From an uncultured delta proteobacterium (lineage in GTDB: Bacteria; Myxococcota_A; Polyangia; Fen-1088), in the NCBI GenBank assembly GCA_963767925.1, contig CAVYGB010000008.1:256001-320000 (forward strand): a stretch of DNA of 64,000 bases, in the 5' to 3' direction. Below the pieces are notes generated by a model. The model saw only the letters and a list, made by a program, of their open reading frames with translations. It was not told where the DNA came from and made no database searches. Both the position numbers and the translations under genes were made by a program. This document shows positions 42,286 to 54,294 of the stretch, piece by piece. How positions within the stretch are numbered: position 1 is the stretch's first letter; each line of letters starts with the position of its first letter.

Positions 42286-43336
42286 ACGAGTGGGTACAGG
42301 GGCTCAACGAGCTGATGCGGCGGCTGCTGGTGCTGCCGGAGCAGGCGTCCACCTTCGCCATCCGCATCGATCGGCTCCACTACTTCGTCTTCATCGTCAC
42401 CATGGTCTCCTCGGTGGGAGTGGGCCTGGCGTCGGTTTACTTCTTCTTCCGCTATCGCGAGCGACAGAAGAACGCGTCGACCCCCAAGGTGGTCCCCAGC
42501 GTGCGGTTCGAGACCATCGTCATCGCGATCCCGCTGTTCTTCTTCCTGGTCTGGGTCTACGTCGGATTCCGGGACTACATCTGGTACACGAACACCCCCA
42601 AGGGGGCGATGGACGTCTACGTCACGGGGAAAAAATGGATGTGGCACTTCGCCCATCCCGACGGCCCCAACGCCAACGCCACCTTGACCGTCCCCGCCCA
42701 CCGGCCGGTGCGGCTGCTGATGACCAGCCGGGACGTGATCCACTCGTTTTTCGTTCCCGCAGTTCCGGATCAAGCAGGACGTGATCCCCGGTCGTTACAC
42801 CGAGACCTGGTTCGAGGCGACCAAGGCCGGGCGCTATCGCATCTACTGCACGGAGTACTGCGGTACCTGGCACTCCCAGATGGTGGGTGAGGTGGTGGTC
42901 CTCGAGCCGTCCGACTTCGACGTCTGGCTGGCCGCCCGCCGGCAGGGCCTCGTGCAGCGGGCCGACACGAGCGGGGGGGCCGAGTTCGGTCAGGAGACCT
43001 TCCGGGGTGACCTGGCCAGTCACGGCCGGCGCCTGGCGGCCGTGCACGGCTGCTTCAAGTGCCACACCATCGACGGGCAGCCCCACATCGGGCCGACCTG
43101 GATCGATCTCTACCGCCGCCCAACCCTCCTCCAGAACGGGGAGACGATCGTCGCCGACGAGGGTTATCTCACCGAGTCGATGATGGAACCCTACCTCAAG
43201 ATGGTGAAGGGTTATGCCCAGGTGATGCCCAGCTTCCGGGGGCAGCTCAGCGCCCCCGAGGCGGCGGCCCTGGTCGAGTTCATAAAAACCCTCCGGAGCG
43301 ACGCTCTGGAGAATCTGCCCGCGAAGGAGCCGACTT

Positions 43337-43359
<23 letters not shown>
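42282..43359 (+). CDS. coxB: cytochrome c oxidase subunit II with fused cytochrome c (caa3), frameshift near 42760
   Basis: DVIHSFF; CuA motif CTEYCGTWHSQM; CFKCH. Confidence 0.93.
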
Positions 43360-44995
<1,636 letters not shown>

Positions 44996-45019
44996 TCTCA
45001 GAAGGTCGGGAGGCCAGCC

Positions 45020-45685
45020 ATGAGCTCGCCCAAGACGACCGCTCCGGCGGACGGGCACCACCCCTGGTACCTGGCGCACCACTTCGACAACATGAAGGTC
45101 CAGAACCAGGCGGTTCGGCTGGGGATGTGGCTGTTCCTCGGCACCGAGGTCCTGCTGTTCGCCGGCCTCTTCCTGGGCTACGCGGTCTACCGCTGGCTGT
45201 ACCACGACGCTTTCGCGGCGGGCGCCCACTCCCTCAACCTGACCCTCGGCACCATCAACACGGTGGTGCTCATCACGAGCAGCTTCACGGTGGCCTGGGC
45301 CTACCACGCCGTTAAACACGACCAGATCAAGCTGGGCGTGCGGCTGCTGGCCTTCACCATCCTGTGCGCGGTGGGCTTCCTCGTCATCAAGTACTTCGAG
45401 TACCACCACAAGTTCGAGGTGGGGCAGCTCCCGGGCCGCCACTACTTTTACAGCGGGATCCAGGCCCCCGGGATCAACATCTACTTCGCGGTCTATTTCC
45501 TGGCGACCGGGCTACACGCCTTCCACGTCATCGTGGGCATGAGCGTGCTGGCCTGGGTGCTGGTGCGGGTTCGCAAGGGCAAATATTCGTCCGAGCACTA
45601 CGTCCCGGTCGAGCTGGGCGCGCTCTACTGGCACCTCGTCGACCTGGTCTGGATCTTCCTTTTTCCCCTGCTTTATCTCATCTGA
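45020..45685 (+). CDS. coxC: cytochrome c oxidase subunit III
   Basis: GMWLFLGTEVLLF, TGLHAFHV, YWHLVDLVW. Confidence 0.93.
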   Translation: MSSPKTTAPADGHHPWYLAHHFDNMKVQNQAVRLGMWLFLGTEVLLFAGLFLGYAVYRWLYHDAFAAGAHSLNLTLGTINTVVLITSSFTVAWAYHAVKHDQIKLGVRLLAFTILCAVGFLVIKYFEYHHKFEVGQLPGRHYFYSGIQAPGINIYFAVYFLATGLHAFHVIVGMSVLAWVLVRVRKGKYSSEHYVPVELGALYWHLVDLVWIFLFPLLYLI

Positions 45686-45692
45686 CGGAGCA

Positions 45693-46079
45693 TTGGCGTT
45701 GGCTCAGCACGAAACGGCTCACAAGGGTTCGGAGGGCGCTCACGGCATCGGCCGCTACGTCCTGATCTGGGCGCTGCTGCTCGGCTTTACCATCCTCACG
45801 GTGGTCACCGGGCGCATCAACCTCGGGTCGGCCAACATCTTCATTGCCATGCTCATCGCCACCACCAAGGCCACCCTGGTGGTGCTGTTTTTCATGCACC
45901 TGTGGGACGAGGGGGGGGTCAACCGGCTGGTGTTCGTCGTCTCGGTCCTCTTCCTCGTCGTGCTGCTGCTGGGCACGTTCGGCGACCTCATGTGGCGTCT
46001 GCCCATCAGCCTCCCGAACGAGGGCCCCCTCCCGATAACCGGCCAGGGGAGCCCCGTAACTCCTCCCGCGGCGCACTAG
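45693..46079 (+). CDS. cytochrome c oxidase subunit IV
   Basis: IATTKATLVVLFFMHL; 3 TM. Confidence 0.88.
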   Translation: MALAQHETAHKGSEGAHGIGRYVLIWALLLGFTILTVVTGRINLGSANIFIAMLIATTKATLVVLFFMHLWDEGGVNRLVFVVSVLFLVVLLLGTFGDLMWRLPISLPNEGPLPITGQGSPVTPPAAH

Positions 46080-46146
46080 AACAGGTCGCAGTTCTCCCCG
46101 TCGGATGCATCTTCGACCCTGGACGGGGTGCGAGGAGGCTCTAGCG

Positions 46147-46806
46147 ATGGGATGTGTACAGGGTAGGCGGTGGCTAGTCGCGGCATTGCCGGTCGCGACG
46201 CTGCTGGTGGCGGGCCCGGTCGCCGGGCAGGCTCCCGAGAAGGCGCCGGCGCATCCGGCTAGCCCGGAAGGGAGCCGGGGAGAGGGACGGGTCGTCAAGG
46301 AGGAGCCGGTCGTTCCCCTGGACAAGAAGGTGCAACGCCTGCGGGCAGAGCGCAGCGGCCAGCTCGAGGCGGTCCATCTCGAGGATCCGGGCGCCCAGAT
46401 CGCGCCCGCGCCGCAGCTCACCCCCCCGGTGGAGATCGAAGTGCCGGCGCCCGAGCCGAGCGTGGATCGCCCCGAGAGCGTGCCCGAGCTGGCGGCTGCC
46501 GAGAAGCAGCGCTGGTTCCGGACGGCCCCCTGGCGGGCCCGCTTCGCAGACCTGCGGCGCTGTCCCGGGGAGGTGGCGATCCGGCGGTCGGTGCGGATCG
46601 GAGCGGTGCCGGCGGGCCCGGTGCTCTTGCGCTGGACCACCGACGGGCAGGGGCGGGTGCGGGACGCCGCGGTGGTGGCGGCCGGGCAACCCGTCGATCC
46701 CGACGTCATGACCTGCGTGCACGCCAGGATGGAGAGGTGGGAGCTGACCCCACCGGCCACGCCGTTCCGGGTCCAGTGGACCCTGACTCTGCGCGCCCGC
46801 CGCTGA
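46147..46806 (+). CDS. exported protein with AgmX/PglI (TonB_C-like) C-terminal domain
   Basis: VLLRWTTDGQGRVRDA...VMTCV..RMERW..PP; Pro-rich linker. Confidence 0.6.
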   Translation: MGCVQGRRWLVAALPVATLLVAGPVAGQAPEKAPAHPASPEGSRGEGRVVKEEPVVPLDKKVQRLRAERSGQLEAVHLEDPGAQIAPAPQLTPPVEIEVPAPEPSVDRPESVPELAAAEKQRWFRTAPWRARFADLRRCPGEVAIRRSVRIGAVPAGPVLLRWTTDGQGRVRDAAVVAAGQPVDPDVMTCVHARMERWELTPPATPFRVQWTLTLRARR

Positions 46807-46834
46807 ACGGTCTCCGGTGTATCCTCACCGGACC

Positions 46835-47746
46835 ATGGGCAAAAAGACGTCCCGCCTGTTCAACGCCGCCGCCCTCAGGCGCGTGCGCCTGGGAGCGGTG
46901 TTCGCCGCCGCCCTGCTGGCCGGCGCCGGGTCGACGGCGCAGGCTGACGAGGCCGCGGTCCACTACAACATGGCCCTGCAGCTCAAGCGCCAGGGCAAGA
47001 TCTCCGAGGCGATCGTCGAGGCGGAGAAGGCGGTCAAGCTGCGCTCGGACTACGGCGCCGCCTATTTCACCCTCGGCAACCTGTGGCGGCAGCAGGGCGA
47101 TTACCCCAAGGCCACCACGGCGCTCGAGAAGGCCGTCGACCTGCAGCCCCAGGACGTGGCCGCGCGCTCCAACCTGGGGACCCTCTACCTGCGCCAGAAA
47201 CGCATGGACGAGGGCGTCAAGCAGCTCGAGGCGGCCCTCGACCTCAAGCCCGACGACTACGAGACCCTGGTCTCCCTCGGCTTCGCCCACCGGCAGAAGG
47301 GCGATCTCCTGAAGTCGATCGCCTACCTCACCAAGGCCACCGAGCTGCGCCCCAAGGAGGCCACCGCCTGGAACAACCTGGGGGTGGCCCTGGCCCGCAC
47401 CGAGGAGAAGGAGCGGGCGATCGCGGCCTTCAAGAAGGCGCTCGAGATCGAGCCGACGAACGCCGACTACCACTTCAGCCTGGCTGCCACCTACCGGCGC
47501 CAGCGGCGCACCGAGGAGGCCATCGGCGCCTACCAGGCGGCCTTGAGCCACAACCCCCGCCTGGCCAACGCCTACTACGACCTCGGCGTCCTGTACTCCC
47601 AGAACAAGCAGCCGGAGCTGGCCCTGGAGGCGTTCCGCAGCTACGTGAAATACGGGGCCAGCGCCGACCCGGCCTCCCGCAAGGACGCCGAGGAACGCCT
47701 CAAGTCGCTCGAGAGCGCGCTCGGCGACGACCCCAAAAAGAAGTAA
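46835..47746 (+). CDS. exported tetratricopeptide repeat protein
   Basis: Signal peptide; about seven 34-aa repeats (AYFTLG, ARSNLG, AWNNLG, AYYDLG). Confidence 0.9.
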   Translation: MGKKTSRLFNAAALRRVRLGAVFAAALLAGAGSTAQADEAAVHYNMALQLKRQGKISEAIVEAEKAVKLRSDYGAAYFTLGNLWRQQGDYPKATTALEKAVDLQPQDVAARSNLGTLYLRQKRMDEGVKQLEAALDLKPDDYETLVSLGFAHRQKGDLLKSIAYLTKATELRPKEATAWNNLGVALARTEEKERAIAAFKKALEIEPTNADYHFSLAATYRRQRRTEEAIGAYQAALSHNPRLANAYYDLGVLYSQNKQPELALEAFRSYVKYGASADPASRKDAEERLKSLESALGDDPKKK

Positions 47747-47790
47747 CCGAGCGAAGTGAGCCGACCGATCAGAAGATCGGCCGACGAGCG

Positions 47791-49647
47791 CTAGAAGCGC
47801 ACGCCCAGGAAGGCGCGCAGCACCTGGGCCGAGGTGGCGTCCTGCTTCTCGGGCCAGAGGCTCTGGCCCTGCAGCGAGGTGGTCAGGGGTCGGTTGAGCG
47901 CCCCCAGGGGCCAGAGGACACCCCAGGTCGCCCCGGCGTAGAACCCGTCGGCCGGGTTGCGGTAGTTGAGGCTCAGGTTCATCTCGACCCCGTAGGGAAA
48001 GGCGTTGCCGGGCGTGGAGACCGGCTCGACCGCCATGCTGTAGATGAAGGCGGCCGACAGCCCCACCTGCCGGCGCTCGGCCAGGTCGAGCCAGTAGGTC
48101 ATCTGCGGCTTGACGTAGGCGGCGTTGGTGACGGTGCCGATGATGCGCCGGAACAGGATCTCGTCGACGTGGTAGTCGGGCGAGAACTTGAAGTCGCTCA
48201 TCAGGTGGTCCCCGGCCGGCTGCCGCACCAGCTTCCAGCGATAGTTGAGGTAGGTGCGGGGGTCCTCGGCCTGGTCGCCGGTGGCTCCCCCGGTCTCGAA
48301 CCCCAGGAAGAAGGCGTTCTTGTACAGGCGCAGCTCGGTGGCCACCACCCAGCCGAGCTGGCGGAGGGTGAGGCGCTTGTTGGGATCGTCGGCGTCGACG
48401 AGGGGGCCGGCGTCCTCCACCTTGCCGAACACGCCCGAGGCCTCCGCCTCGACGGTGAGGGCCTTCCAGGCCAGCTTCATCCAGAGGCTGGGCAGGACCA
48501 CCAGCGCGTTGACGTTCTGGTTGATCGAGGGGGTGAGGTCCTCCCGCCCCGGGACGATGGCGCCGGTGCGGACGCGCTCGTCGGTGCTGTCGGCGTAGTC
48601 GTAGAGCTCGTGCCCCTGCTGGCGGAACACGATCTGGGTGCCGTAGTTGAACATCAGCTCGCCCTGCAGGGCTCGCTCCTGAAAGCGGCGCTCGTCGTCG
48701 AGGCGGGTGATGGCCAGCATGAGCTGGAAGACGTCGTCGCGCTGGGACAGGTCGAGGGGGGGGCCGTTGGGGTCGCGGGCGCCGAGGTCGATCAGGCCGA
48801 TGTGGTGGCCCTGGGCTCCGAAGTCCCAGGAGAGCGCGATCTGGTGGCCGTAGACCTGGGTCAAGGCGAGCACGCGGTCGACGGTGGTGCCCCCGTCGCA
48901 GTCCGGGCAGGAGCCGTTGTTGAAAGCGATACCCCGGCCGAAGTGCCAGGGCATCCGTCCGAAGCGGAGGGACCCGAACTCGCTGTCGACCTCACCCCAG
49001 GCCCGCTTGGCCCGGATGCCGGTGAGCAGGCCGTTGATGCCGACCTCGGGCGGGTCCTGGCTGCCCGAGAGCACCCCGATCGGCGCCCGTCCCGTGCGAT
49101 CCCCCGGCCGGCGGGCGTTGATCAGGGAGTCGGGCGTCGAGCCCATGAGGGTGTTGTCGAACACGTCGACCTGCGCCACCACCCGGACCTGGTCGGTCAC
49201 GTTCACGGTGGGGTCGAGCCGCAGCCGCAGGTTGGCGCCGCCCAGGTTCTTGGAGCCACAGGGGGTCTCCTCGACGGCGCACTCCAGGGGGAGGGGGAAG
49301 GGGGGCGTACGCCGGTCGCTGGCGTTGACGAAGTAGGTCTGGTTGAGGTGCAGCTTGTGGAAGAAGTCCGAGCGCAAGCGGAAGTACCCGTCGAGCTGGA
49401 TAACCTGCCTGACGCGCCTGGCCTGACCGGGGTACCCCCCCAGCGGCTCGAGATCGCTCGGCTCTTGCGACTCCTGGTCGGGGGCCTCCTCGGCGGGGCC
49501 CTCTTCCTTGGGTTCCTCTCCCATGGGCTGGGGCCCCATCCCGCCAGGAGGCATGCCTCCTGGCTGACCGCCGAACTGCGCGTGAGCCGCCGAGGCGAAG
49601 AGCAGGGTACCGGACAGAAAAGCGAAGGTGGTAACGGCTTGCCTCAA
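47791..49647 (-). CDS. TIGR04551-like myxobacterial outer-membrane protein
   Basis: LDGYFRLR, LRFGRMPWHFG...NNGSCPDCD, FSPDYHVDEILFR, terminal GVRF; TTG start with AAGGAG. Confidence 0.75.
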   Translation of the reverse strand: MRQAVTTFAFLSGTLLFASAAHAQFGGQPGGMPPGGMGPQPMGEEPKEEGPAEEAPDQESQEPSDLEPLGGYPGQARRVRQVIQLDGYFRLRSDFFHKLHLNQTYFVNASDRRTPPFPLPLECAVEETPCGSKNLGGANLRLRLDPTVNVTDQVRVVAQVDVFDNTLMGSTPDSLINARRPGDRTGRAPIGVLSGSQDPPEVGINGLLTGIRAKRAWGEVDSEFGSLRFGRMPWHFGRGIAFNNGSCPDCDGGTTVDRVLALTQVYGHQIALSWDFGAQGHHIGLIDLGARDPNGPPLDLSQRDDVFQLMLAITRLDDERRFQERALQGELMFNYGTQIVFRQQGHELYDYADSTDERVRTGAIVPGREDLTPSINQNVNALVVLPSLWMKLAWKALTVEAEASGVFGKVEDAGPLVDADDPNKRLTLRQLGWVVATELRLYKNAFFLGFETGGATGDQAEDPRTYLNYRWKLVRQPAGDHLMSDFKFSPDYHVDEILFRRIIGTVTNAAYVKPQMTYWLDLAERRQVGLSAAFIYSMAVEPVSTPGNAFPYGVEMNLSLNYRNPADGFYAGATWGVLWPLGALNRPLTTSLQGQSLWPEKQDATSAQVLRAFLGVRF

Positions 49648-49669
49648 GCGGATCTCCTTGGAGAGAGCA

Positions 49670-50080
49670 TCAGAGCTTCTGACACAGCTCGAACAGAACG
49701 CCCCCGGTGGCCTTGGGGTGCAGGAAAGCGACGAGATGTCCACGCGCGCCCGTGCGCGGCGCCTCGTCGATGAGCGCCACCCCCTGGGCCTTCAGCTCGG
49801 CCAGGGCGGCGGGCAGGTCGTCCACCTCGAAGCAGATGTGGTGGAGGCCTGGCCCCCGCTTGCTCAGGAAGCGTTCGAGGCCGGCGTTGCCGTTCGGGCA
49901 GATGAGCTCGATCTCGGCGCCCGGCCCCTCGGTCTGCAGGAAGAGCACCTCGGTGTTCTGGTTGGCCACGTTCTCGCGGGCCCCGGTCGCGAGCCCGAAC
50001 AGCCGTCCGAGGGCGGATGCGGTGGGCGCGAGATCGGTTACGGCGATCGCCACATGGTCGATGGTTTTGACCTTGGTCAT
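49670..50080 (-). CDS. mce: methylmalonyl-CoA epimerase (VOC family)
   Basis: IDHVAIAV, GPGLHHICFEV, VAFLHPKATGGVLFEL. Confidence 0.9.
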   Translation of the reverse strand: MTKVKTIDHVAIAVTDLAPTASALGRLFGLATGARENVANQNTEVLFLQTEGPGAEIELICPNGNAGLERFLSKRGPGLHHICFEVDDLPAALAELKAQGVALIDEAPRTGARGHLVAFLHPKATGGVLFELCQKL

Positions 50081-50245
50081 GAACGGGCTCCTCGCCGCCC
50101 GGGCTGGGGAGCGACGTCGTGCGAAGTGGGCACGTTATAACAGCCCGGCTTCTCGTCGGAAACCCCCCTGGCTGGGCCCCGGCGCGGGAAAGGGGCCTCC
50201 GGCCGTGAGGCTGGTCCCGGGGAGGGCCAGGTGTATGATGACCGT

Positions 50246-51370
50246 GTGACGTCCGACGAATTGCGGGGGAGCTGCGGCCAGCTCCTGTGCGTCGGGTTCG
50301 AGGGCCCGGCCGCCCCCGCCGAGCTCCTGGGCCGGGTGGCCCGCTCGGAGGTGGGGACGGTGGTGCTGTTCCGCCCGAACGTGGAGAGCCCGCCCCAGGT
50401 GGCGGGCCTGGTGGCCGCGCTCCGGGGGGCGGCGCCCGCCGCCCTCCCGCTGGCGATCGCCGTCGACCAGGAAGGGGGCGCCGTGCAGCGGCTGCGGTCG
50501 CCGCTCACCGAGTGGCCCGACATGCTGGCGCTGGCCGCCGCCGGCGATCTCGAGCGGACCTTCGCGGTGGGCCGGGCCCTGGGCGGCGAGCTCGCGCTGC
50601 TGGGGATCGGCTGGAACTTCGCCCCGGTGCTCGACGTCCACACCAACCCGGCCAACCCGGTCATCGGCCGGCGCGCGTTTGGCAGCGAGGTGGCGACCGT
50701 GATCAGCCACGCCCTGTCCTTCTGGCGGGGGCTGGGCAGCGCCGGTGTACTGGGATGTGGGAAACACTTTCCCGGGCACGGCGACACCCACCTCGATTCG
50801 CACCACCACCTGCCGGTGGTCGACCATCCCGAGCGGCGGCTGCTCGACGTGGAGCTGGCGCCTTTTGCCGCCGCGGTGCAGGCGGGGATCGAGTCCCTCA
50901 TGGTGGCCCACGTGGTGTTCCCCGCCTTCGATTCCGTCCGCCCCGCCTCGCTCTCGAAGGCCATCGTCGGGGGGCTGCTGCGCGGGCGGCTGGGCTGGAA
51001 GGGTCTGCTCTGCAGCGACGACCTCGGCATGAAGGCGGTGGCCGACCGCTGGGCGATCGAAGATCTGGTGTGTGAAGGCGTCCGGGCCGGCGTCGATCAC
51101 TTCATCGTGCGCGGTCCGATCGAGCGGCAGCAGGCCGCCTGGGAGGCGCTCGTGCGCGGGGCCGAGCGCGACCCCGAGCTGCGCGCGTGTGTGCAGGTGA
51201 GCGCAGGCCGGGTGGCGGCGTTCAAGGCTCGCCTGCGCGTGCCCCTCCCGGCCACCGCCGAGCGCCTCGCGACCGCCTTCCCGTCGGCGGAGCACCGGGC
51301 GCTGGCCGCGTCCTTCTCGGGGGCCCTGGATGCCACCGCTGCCTCGAGCTCGCCGGTGACGAGCGCGTAG
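50246..51370 (+). CDS. nagZ: beta-N-acetylhexosaminidase (GH3)
   Basis: AVDQEGG.VQR, NFAPVLD, KHFPGHGDT..DSH, SDDLGM. Confidence 0.9.
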   Translation: MTSDELRGSCGQLLCVGFEGPAAPAELLGRVARSEVGTVVLFRPNVESPPQVAGLVAALRGAAPAALPLAIAVDQEGGAVQRLRSPLTEWPDMLALAAAGDLERTFAVGRALGGELALLGIGWNFAPVLDVHTNPANPVIGRRAFGSEVATVISHALSFWRGLGSAGVLGCGKHFPGHGDTHLDSHHHLPVVDHPERRLLDVELAPFAAAVQAGIESLMVAHVVFPAFDSVRPASLSKAIVGGLLRGRLGWKGLLCSDDLGMKAVADRWAIEDLVCEGVRAGVDHFIVRGPIERQQAAWEALVRGAERDPELRACVQVSAGRVAAFKARLRVPLPATAERLATAFPSAEHRALAASFSGALDATAASSSPVTSA

Positions 51371-51537
51371 CCGATCGCTCTCGCCAAGAAATCGACGAGA
51401 CGAGCACGAGACGAGCACGGGAAAAAAAACGACGGCGGCGCCGGCTCCGACGACGGAGAATGCTGGCCTCGCCTCCCGCGGTGAGGTATAGGCTTTCGAA
51501 CGCGTGTTCTTCTCTCAGGGGGTGGGAGTGATACCGA

Positions 51538-52932
51538 ATGCTCGCCATCCTGATCGCGGACGCTGAAAGCGCGATCCTCGACTCTCTGTACGATCTGCTC
51601 ACCACCGCGGGACATTCCGTGACGACCGCCCGCGAGCGCGATGAGGCATTCAGCCTCATCCGCGATGAGGTGTTCGATCTCGTCATCTTCGATGTCCCGA
51701 CGGCGGGCATGGACGGTTTGACCCTGCTGCGAACCTTGCGGCGGGCCGCGCCCGATGCGGAGATCATCCTGGTCACCCGATTTGCCACCGTGCCCGACGC
51801 GATCGCCGCGATCCGGGCGCGGGCCCTGGACTATTTACCCAAGCCAATCGACTCGACCAGCCTGCTGGCCCACCTCGGGCGGATAGAGAGCGCCGCCCGC
51901 CTGCGGCGCTCGCTGCGGGCCAACGAGCGCGACCACAGTCTGGGCAGCGCCCCCGAGGCGATCGTGGGCCGCTCGCCCGAGATGACCCGGCTGCGTGAGC
52001 ACATCGGGGTGATCGCCGGCAGCGAATCGCCGGTCCTCATCACCGGCGAGAGCGGGACGGGCAAGGAGCTGGTGGCCCGGGCGGTCCACCAGCAAAGCTC
52101 CCGCCATCAGGGGGCGCTGGTGACGGTGAACTGCGGAGCCTTGCCGACCGCGCTCATCGAGTCCGAGCTGTTCGGTCACGAGCGGGGGGCCTTCACCGGG
52201 GCCGAGCGGCGGCGCAACGGGCGGTTCCTCGCCGCCGACAAGGGGACGCTCTTCCTCGACGAGGTGGCGGACCTACCCCTCGAGGCGCAGGTCAAGCTCC
52301 TGCGCGTGCTCGAGGAGGGGTGCTTCCAGCCGGTGGGGACCAACCGCACGATCCGGGTCGACGTGCGGGTGCTGTCGGCGACGAACCAGGACCTTCGCCA
52401 GCTCGTCAGTCAGGGCAAGTTCCGGGGGGACCTCTATTACCGCCTGCGGGTCTTCGAGGTCACGTTGCCGCCGCTGCGGGCCCGCACCAAGGACCTGCCC
52501 CTCCTGGTCGAGCATTTTACCAAGCGGTATGCCCGGTCGGGGGAGGCCCGGCTGGGGCTGTCGGCCGCAGCCTGGGCGGCCATGCTCGACTACCCCTTCC
52601 CGGGCAACGTGCGCGAGCTCGAGAACGCCATCAACCACGCGGTCACGCTGGCGCGGGGGAGCAACGAGATCGATCTACAGCACCTGCCCCCCGAGATCCG
52701 GGATCCCGACGAGCACGGCAGCTTCGTGCCCCCTTCGCTCTCGCGGGCGGTCGAGCGGTTCGAGCGGGACTACATCCGCCGGGCGCTGGCCATCGCCGGC
52801 GGCGAGGAGGAGCAGGCAGCCAAGATCCTCGGCATCTCCGGCAGCTCCTTGCAGGACAAGCTCGGGCAGCCGGGCCGGGCGGCCGACGATCCGGACGGTG
52901 AGCCAGGCAAGAACAAGGGCGGGACCTCTTAA
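51538..52932 (+). CDS. sigma54-dependent response regulator (orphan, atypical receiver and HTH)
   Basis: [26 protein letters not shown]. Confidence 0.9.
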   Translation: MLAILIADAESAILDSLYDLLTTAGHSVTTARERDEAFSLIRDEVFDLVIFDVPTAGMDGLTLLRTLRRAAPDAEIILVTRFATVPDAIAAIRARALDYLPKPIDSTSLLAHLGRIESAARLRRSLRANERDHSLGSAPEAIVGRSPEMTRLREHIGVIAGSESPVLITGESGTGKELVARAVHQQSSRHQGALVTVNCGALPTALIESELFGHERGAFTGAERRRNGRFLAADKGTLFLDEVADLPLEAQVKLLRVLEEGCFQPVGTNRTIRVDVRVLSATNQDLRQLVSQGKFRGDLYYRLRVFEVTLPPLRARTKDLPLLVEHFTKRYARSGEARLGLSAAAWAAMLDYPFPGNVRELENAINHAVTLARGSNEIDLQHLPPEIRDPDEHGSFVPPSLSRAVERFERDYIRRALAIAGGEEEQAAKILGISGSSLQDKLGQPGRAADDPDGEPGKNKGGTS

Positions 52933-52942
52933 CGTCGTGCCC

Positions 52943-52970
52943 GGAGGGGGGGCCAGTTTGGCCCCCCTTC
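52943..52970 (+). terminator. GC-rich hairpin after stop codon
   Basis: GGAGGGGGGCCA-GTT-TGGCCCCCCTTC; no U-tract. Confidence 0.4.
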
Positions 52971-53102
52971 GACCGGGCCAGGCCCGGCCGGGCCGGGACC
53001 CAATCCGGAGCGCGGGAGGCGAAAGCGCGCGTCTTCTCGGGGCTCCGCCGGTGTTTACCGCCTCGGCGTGGTGGGCGGTCCCTGTTAAGATTCCAACCCA
53101 CC

Positions 53103-53786
53103 ATGAAGCTGGTCATCGGCAACAAGAACTACTCATCCTGGTCATTCCGACCCTGGATGGTCCTCAAGCAGGCGGGGATCCCCTTCGAGGAGGAGCTGAT
53201 CAGCTTCAACGATCCGACGTTCGGGGCCCGTGTCCGTCGGGTCTCTCCCTCGGGCCGGGTCCCGGTGCTGGTGGATGGCTCCCTGACGGTCTGGGACAGC
53301 CTGGCCATCGTCGAATACCTGGCCGAGAAGTTCCCCGACCGGCGGCTGTGGCCGGCCAATCCGGCGGCCCGGGCGGTGGCCCGTTCCCTGTGCGCGGAGA
53401 TGCACTCGGGCTTCGCGCTGCTGCGCTCCTCGCTGCCGATGAACTTCCAGGTGAGCCTGCCGGGGGCGGGGTGGAACGTGAAGGTGCAGAAGGAGATCGA
53501 TCGCATGGCGGCGATGTGGGAGGACACCCGGGCCCGCTTCGGGGCGAGCGGCTCCCTGCTGTTCGGGGCCTTCACCATCGCCGACGCCTTCTTCGCGCCG
53601 GTGGTGCCCCGGTTCACGGCCTACGCCGTGAAGCTGCCTCCGGTGGCGCAGGCCTACGCGGAGGCCCTGGCGGCGCTGCCCGCCTACCAGGAGTGGGCGG
53701 TCGCCGCCCGCGCCGAGGACGACTTCTTTCCACCCGACGAGCCCTATCGCCAGGCGCCCGATCGCGCTCCGGCCCGCCGGTCATGA
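53103..53786 (+). CDS. glutathione S-transferase
   Basis: IGNKNYSSWS.RPW, SPSGRVPVL, WDSLAI.EY, AEMHSGF. Confidence 0.92.
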   Translation: MKLVIGNKNYSSWSFRPWMVLKQAGIPFEEELISFNDPTFGARVRRVSPSGRVPVLVDGSLTVWDSLAIVEYLAEKFPDRRLWPANPAARAVARSLCAEMHSGFALLRSSLPMNFQVSLPGAGWNVKVQKEIDRMAAMWEDTRARFGASGSLLFGAFTIADAFFAPVVPRFTAYAVKLPPVAQAYAEALAALPAYQEWAVAARAEDDFFPPDEPYRQAPDRAPARRS

Positions 53787-54274
53787 GGCGGCCCGGCTCG
53801 GCGGACGACCCCAACAACCAGGAGCTGGTCCGGGCGGCCTTCCTGTGCGACTTCGTGCGCGTCCGCGCGCTGCTGGCGGACGGGGCCGATCCGGACACGC
53901 CCGATCAGGACGGCCGCTCGCCCCTCTTCTCGGCGGTGCTGGGCAACAGCGTCGGCGTGCTGGCGCTCCTGCTCGAGTCGGGGGCCGATCCCAACCTGCG
54001 GGACAACGACGGCTGGACGGCCCTGCACTTCGCCGCCCAGGAGAGCGTCCCCGAGGTCGCCCGCATCCTGCTGGCCCGGGGGGCCGACCCCAATGTCCAG
54101 GACAACGACGGGGCCACCCCGCTGTGGCGGGCCGTCCAGGGCTCCCGCGAGCGCAACGAGATGTGCAACGTGCTCCGCCAGTCGGGGGCCAAGGACGACA
54201 TCCCCAACAACAGCGGCGAGACCCCCCGCGACCTCGCCGAACGCATGGGGTTTCCCCTCTTCACCGCGAACTGA
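53783..54274 (+). CDS. ankyrin repeat protein
   Basis: Repeats GRSPLFSA, GWTALHFAA, GATPLWRA, GETP; ATGA overlap with the GST gene. Confidence 0.88.
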   Translation: MRRPGSADDPNNQELVRAAFLCDFVRVRALLADGADPDTPDQDGRSPLFSAVLGNSVGVLALLLESGADPNLRDNDGWTALHFAAQESVPEVARILLARGADPNVQDNDGATPLWRAVQGSRERNEMCNVLRQSGAKDDIPNNSGETPRDLAERMGFPLFTAN

Positions 54275-54294
54275 GGCCAGCAGCCCGATCCCCG

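Noticed and set aside
47083..49773. Long antisense or alternate-frame ORFs (e.g. 47083-49773, 57902-60280, 43280-45442, 4206-6557)
   Set aside because: Shadow ORFs typical of high-GC DNA, overlapping well-supported genes and lacking recognisable motifs
51394..51420. ACGAGACGAGC short duplication followed by an A run
   Set aside because: Two short units only; no supportable function
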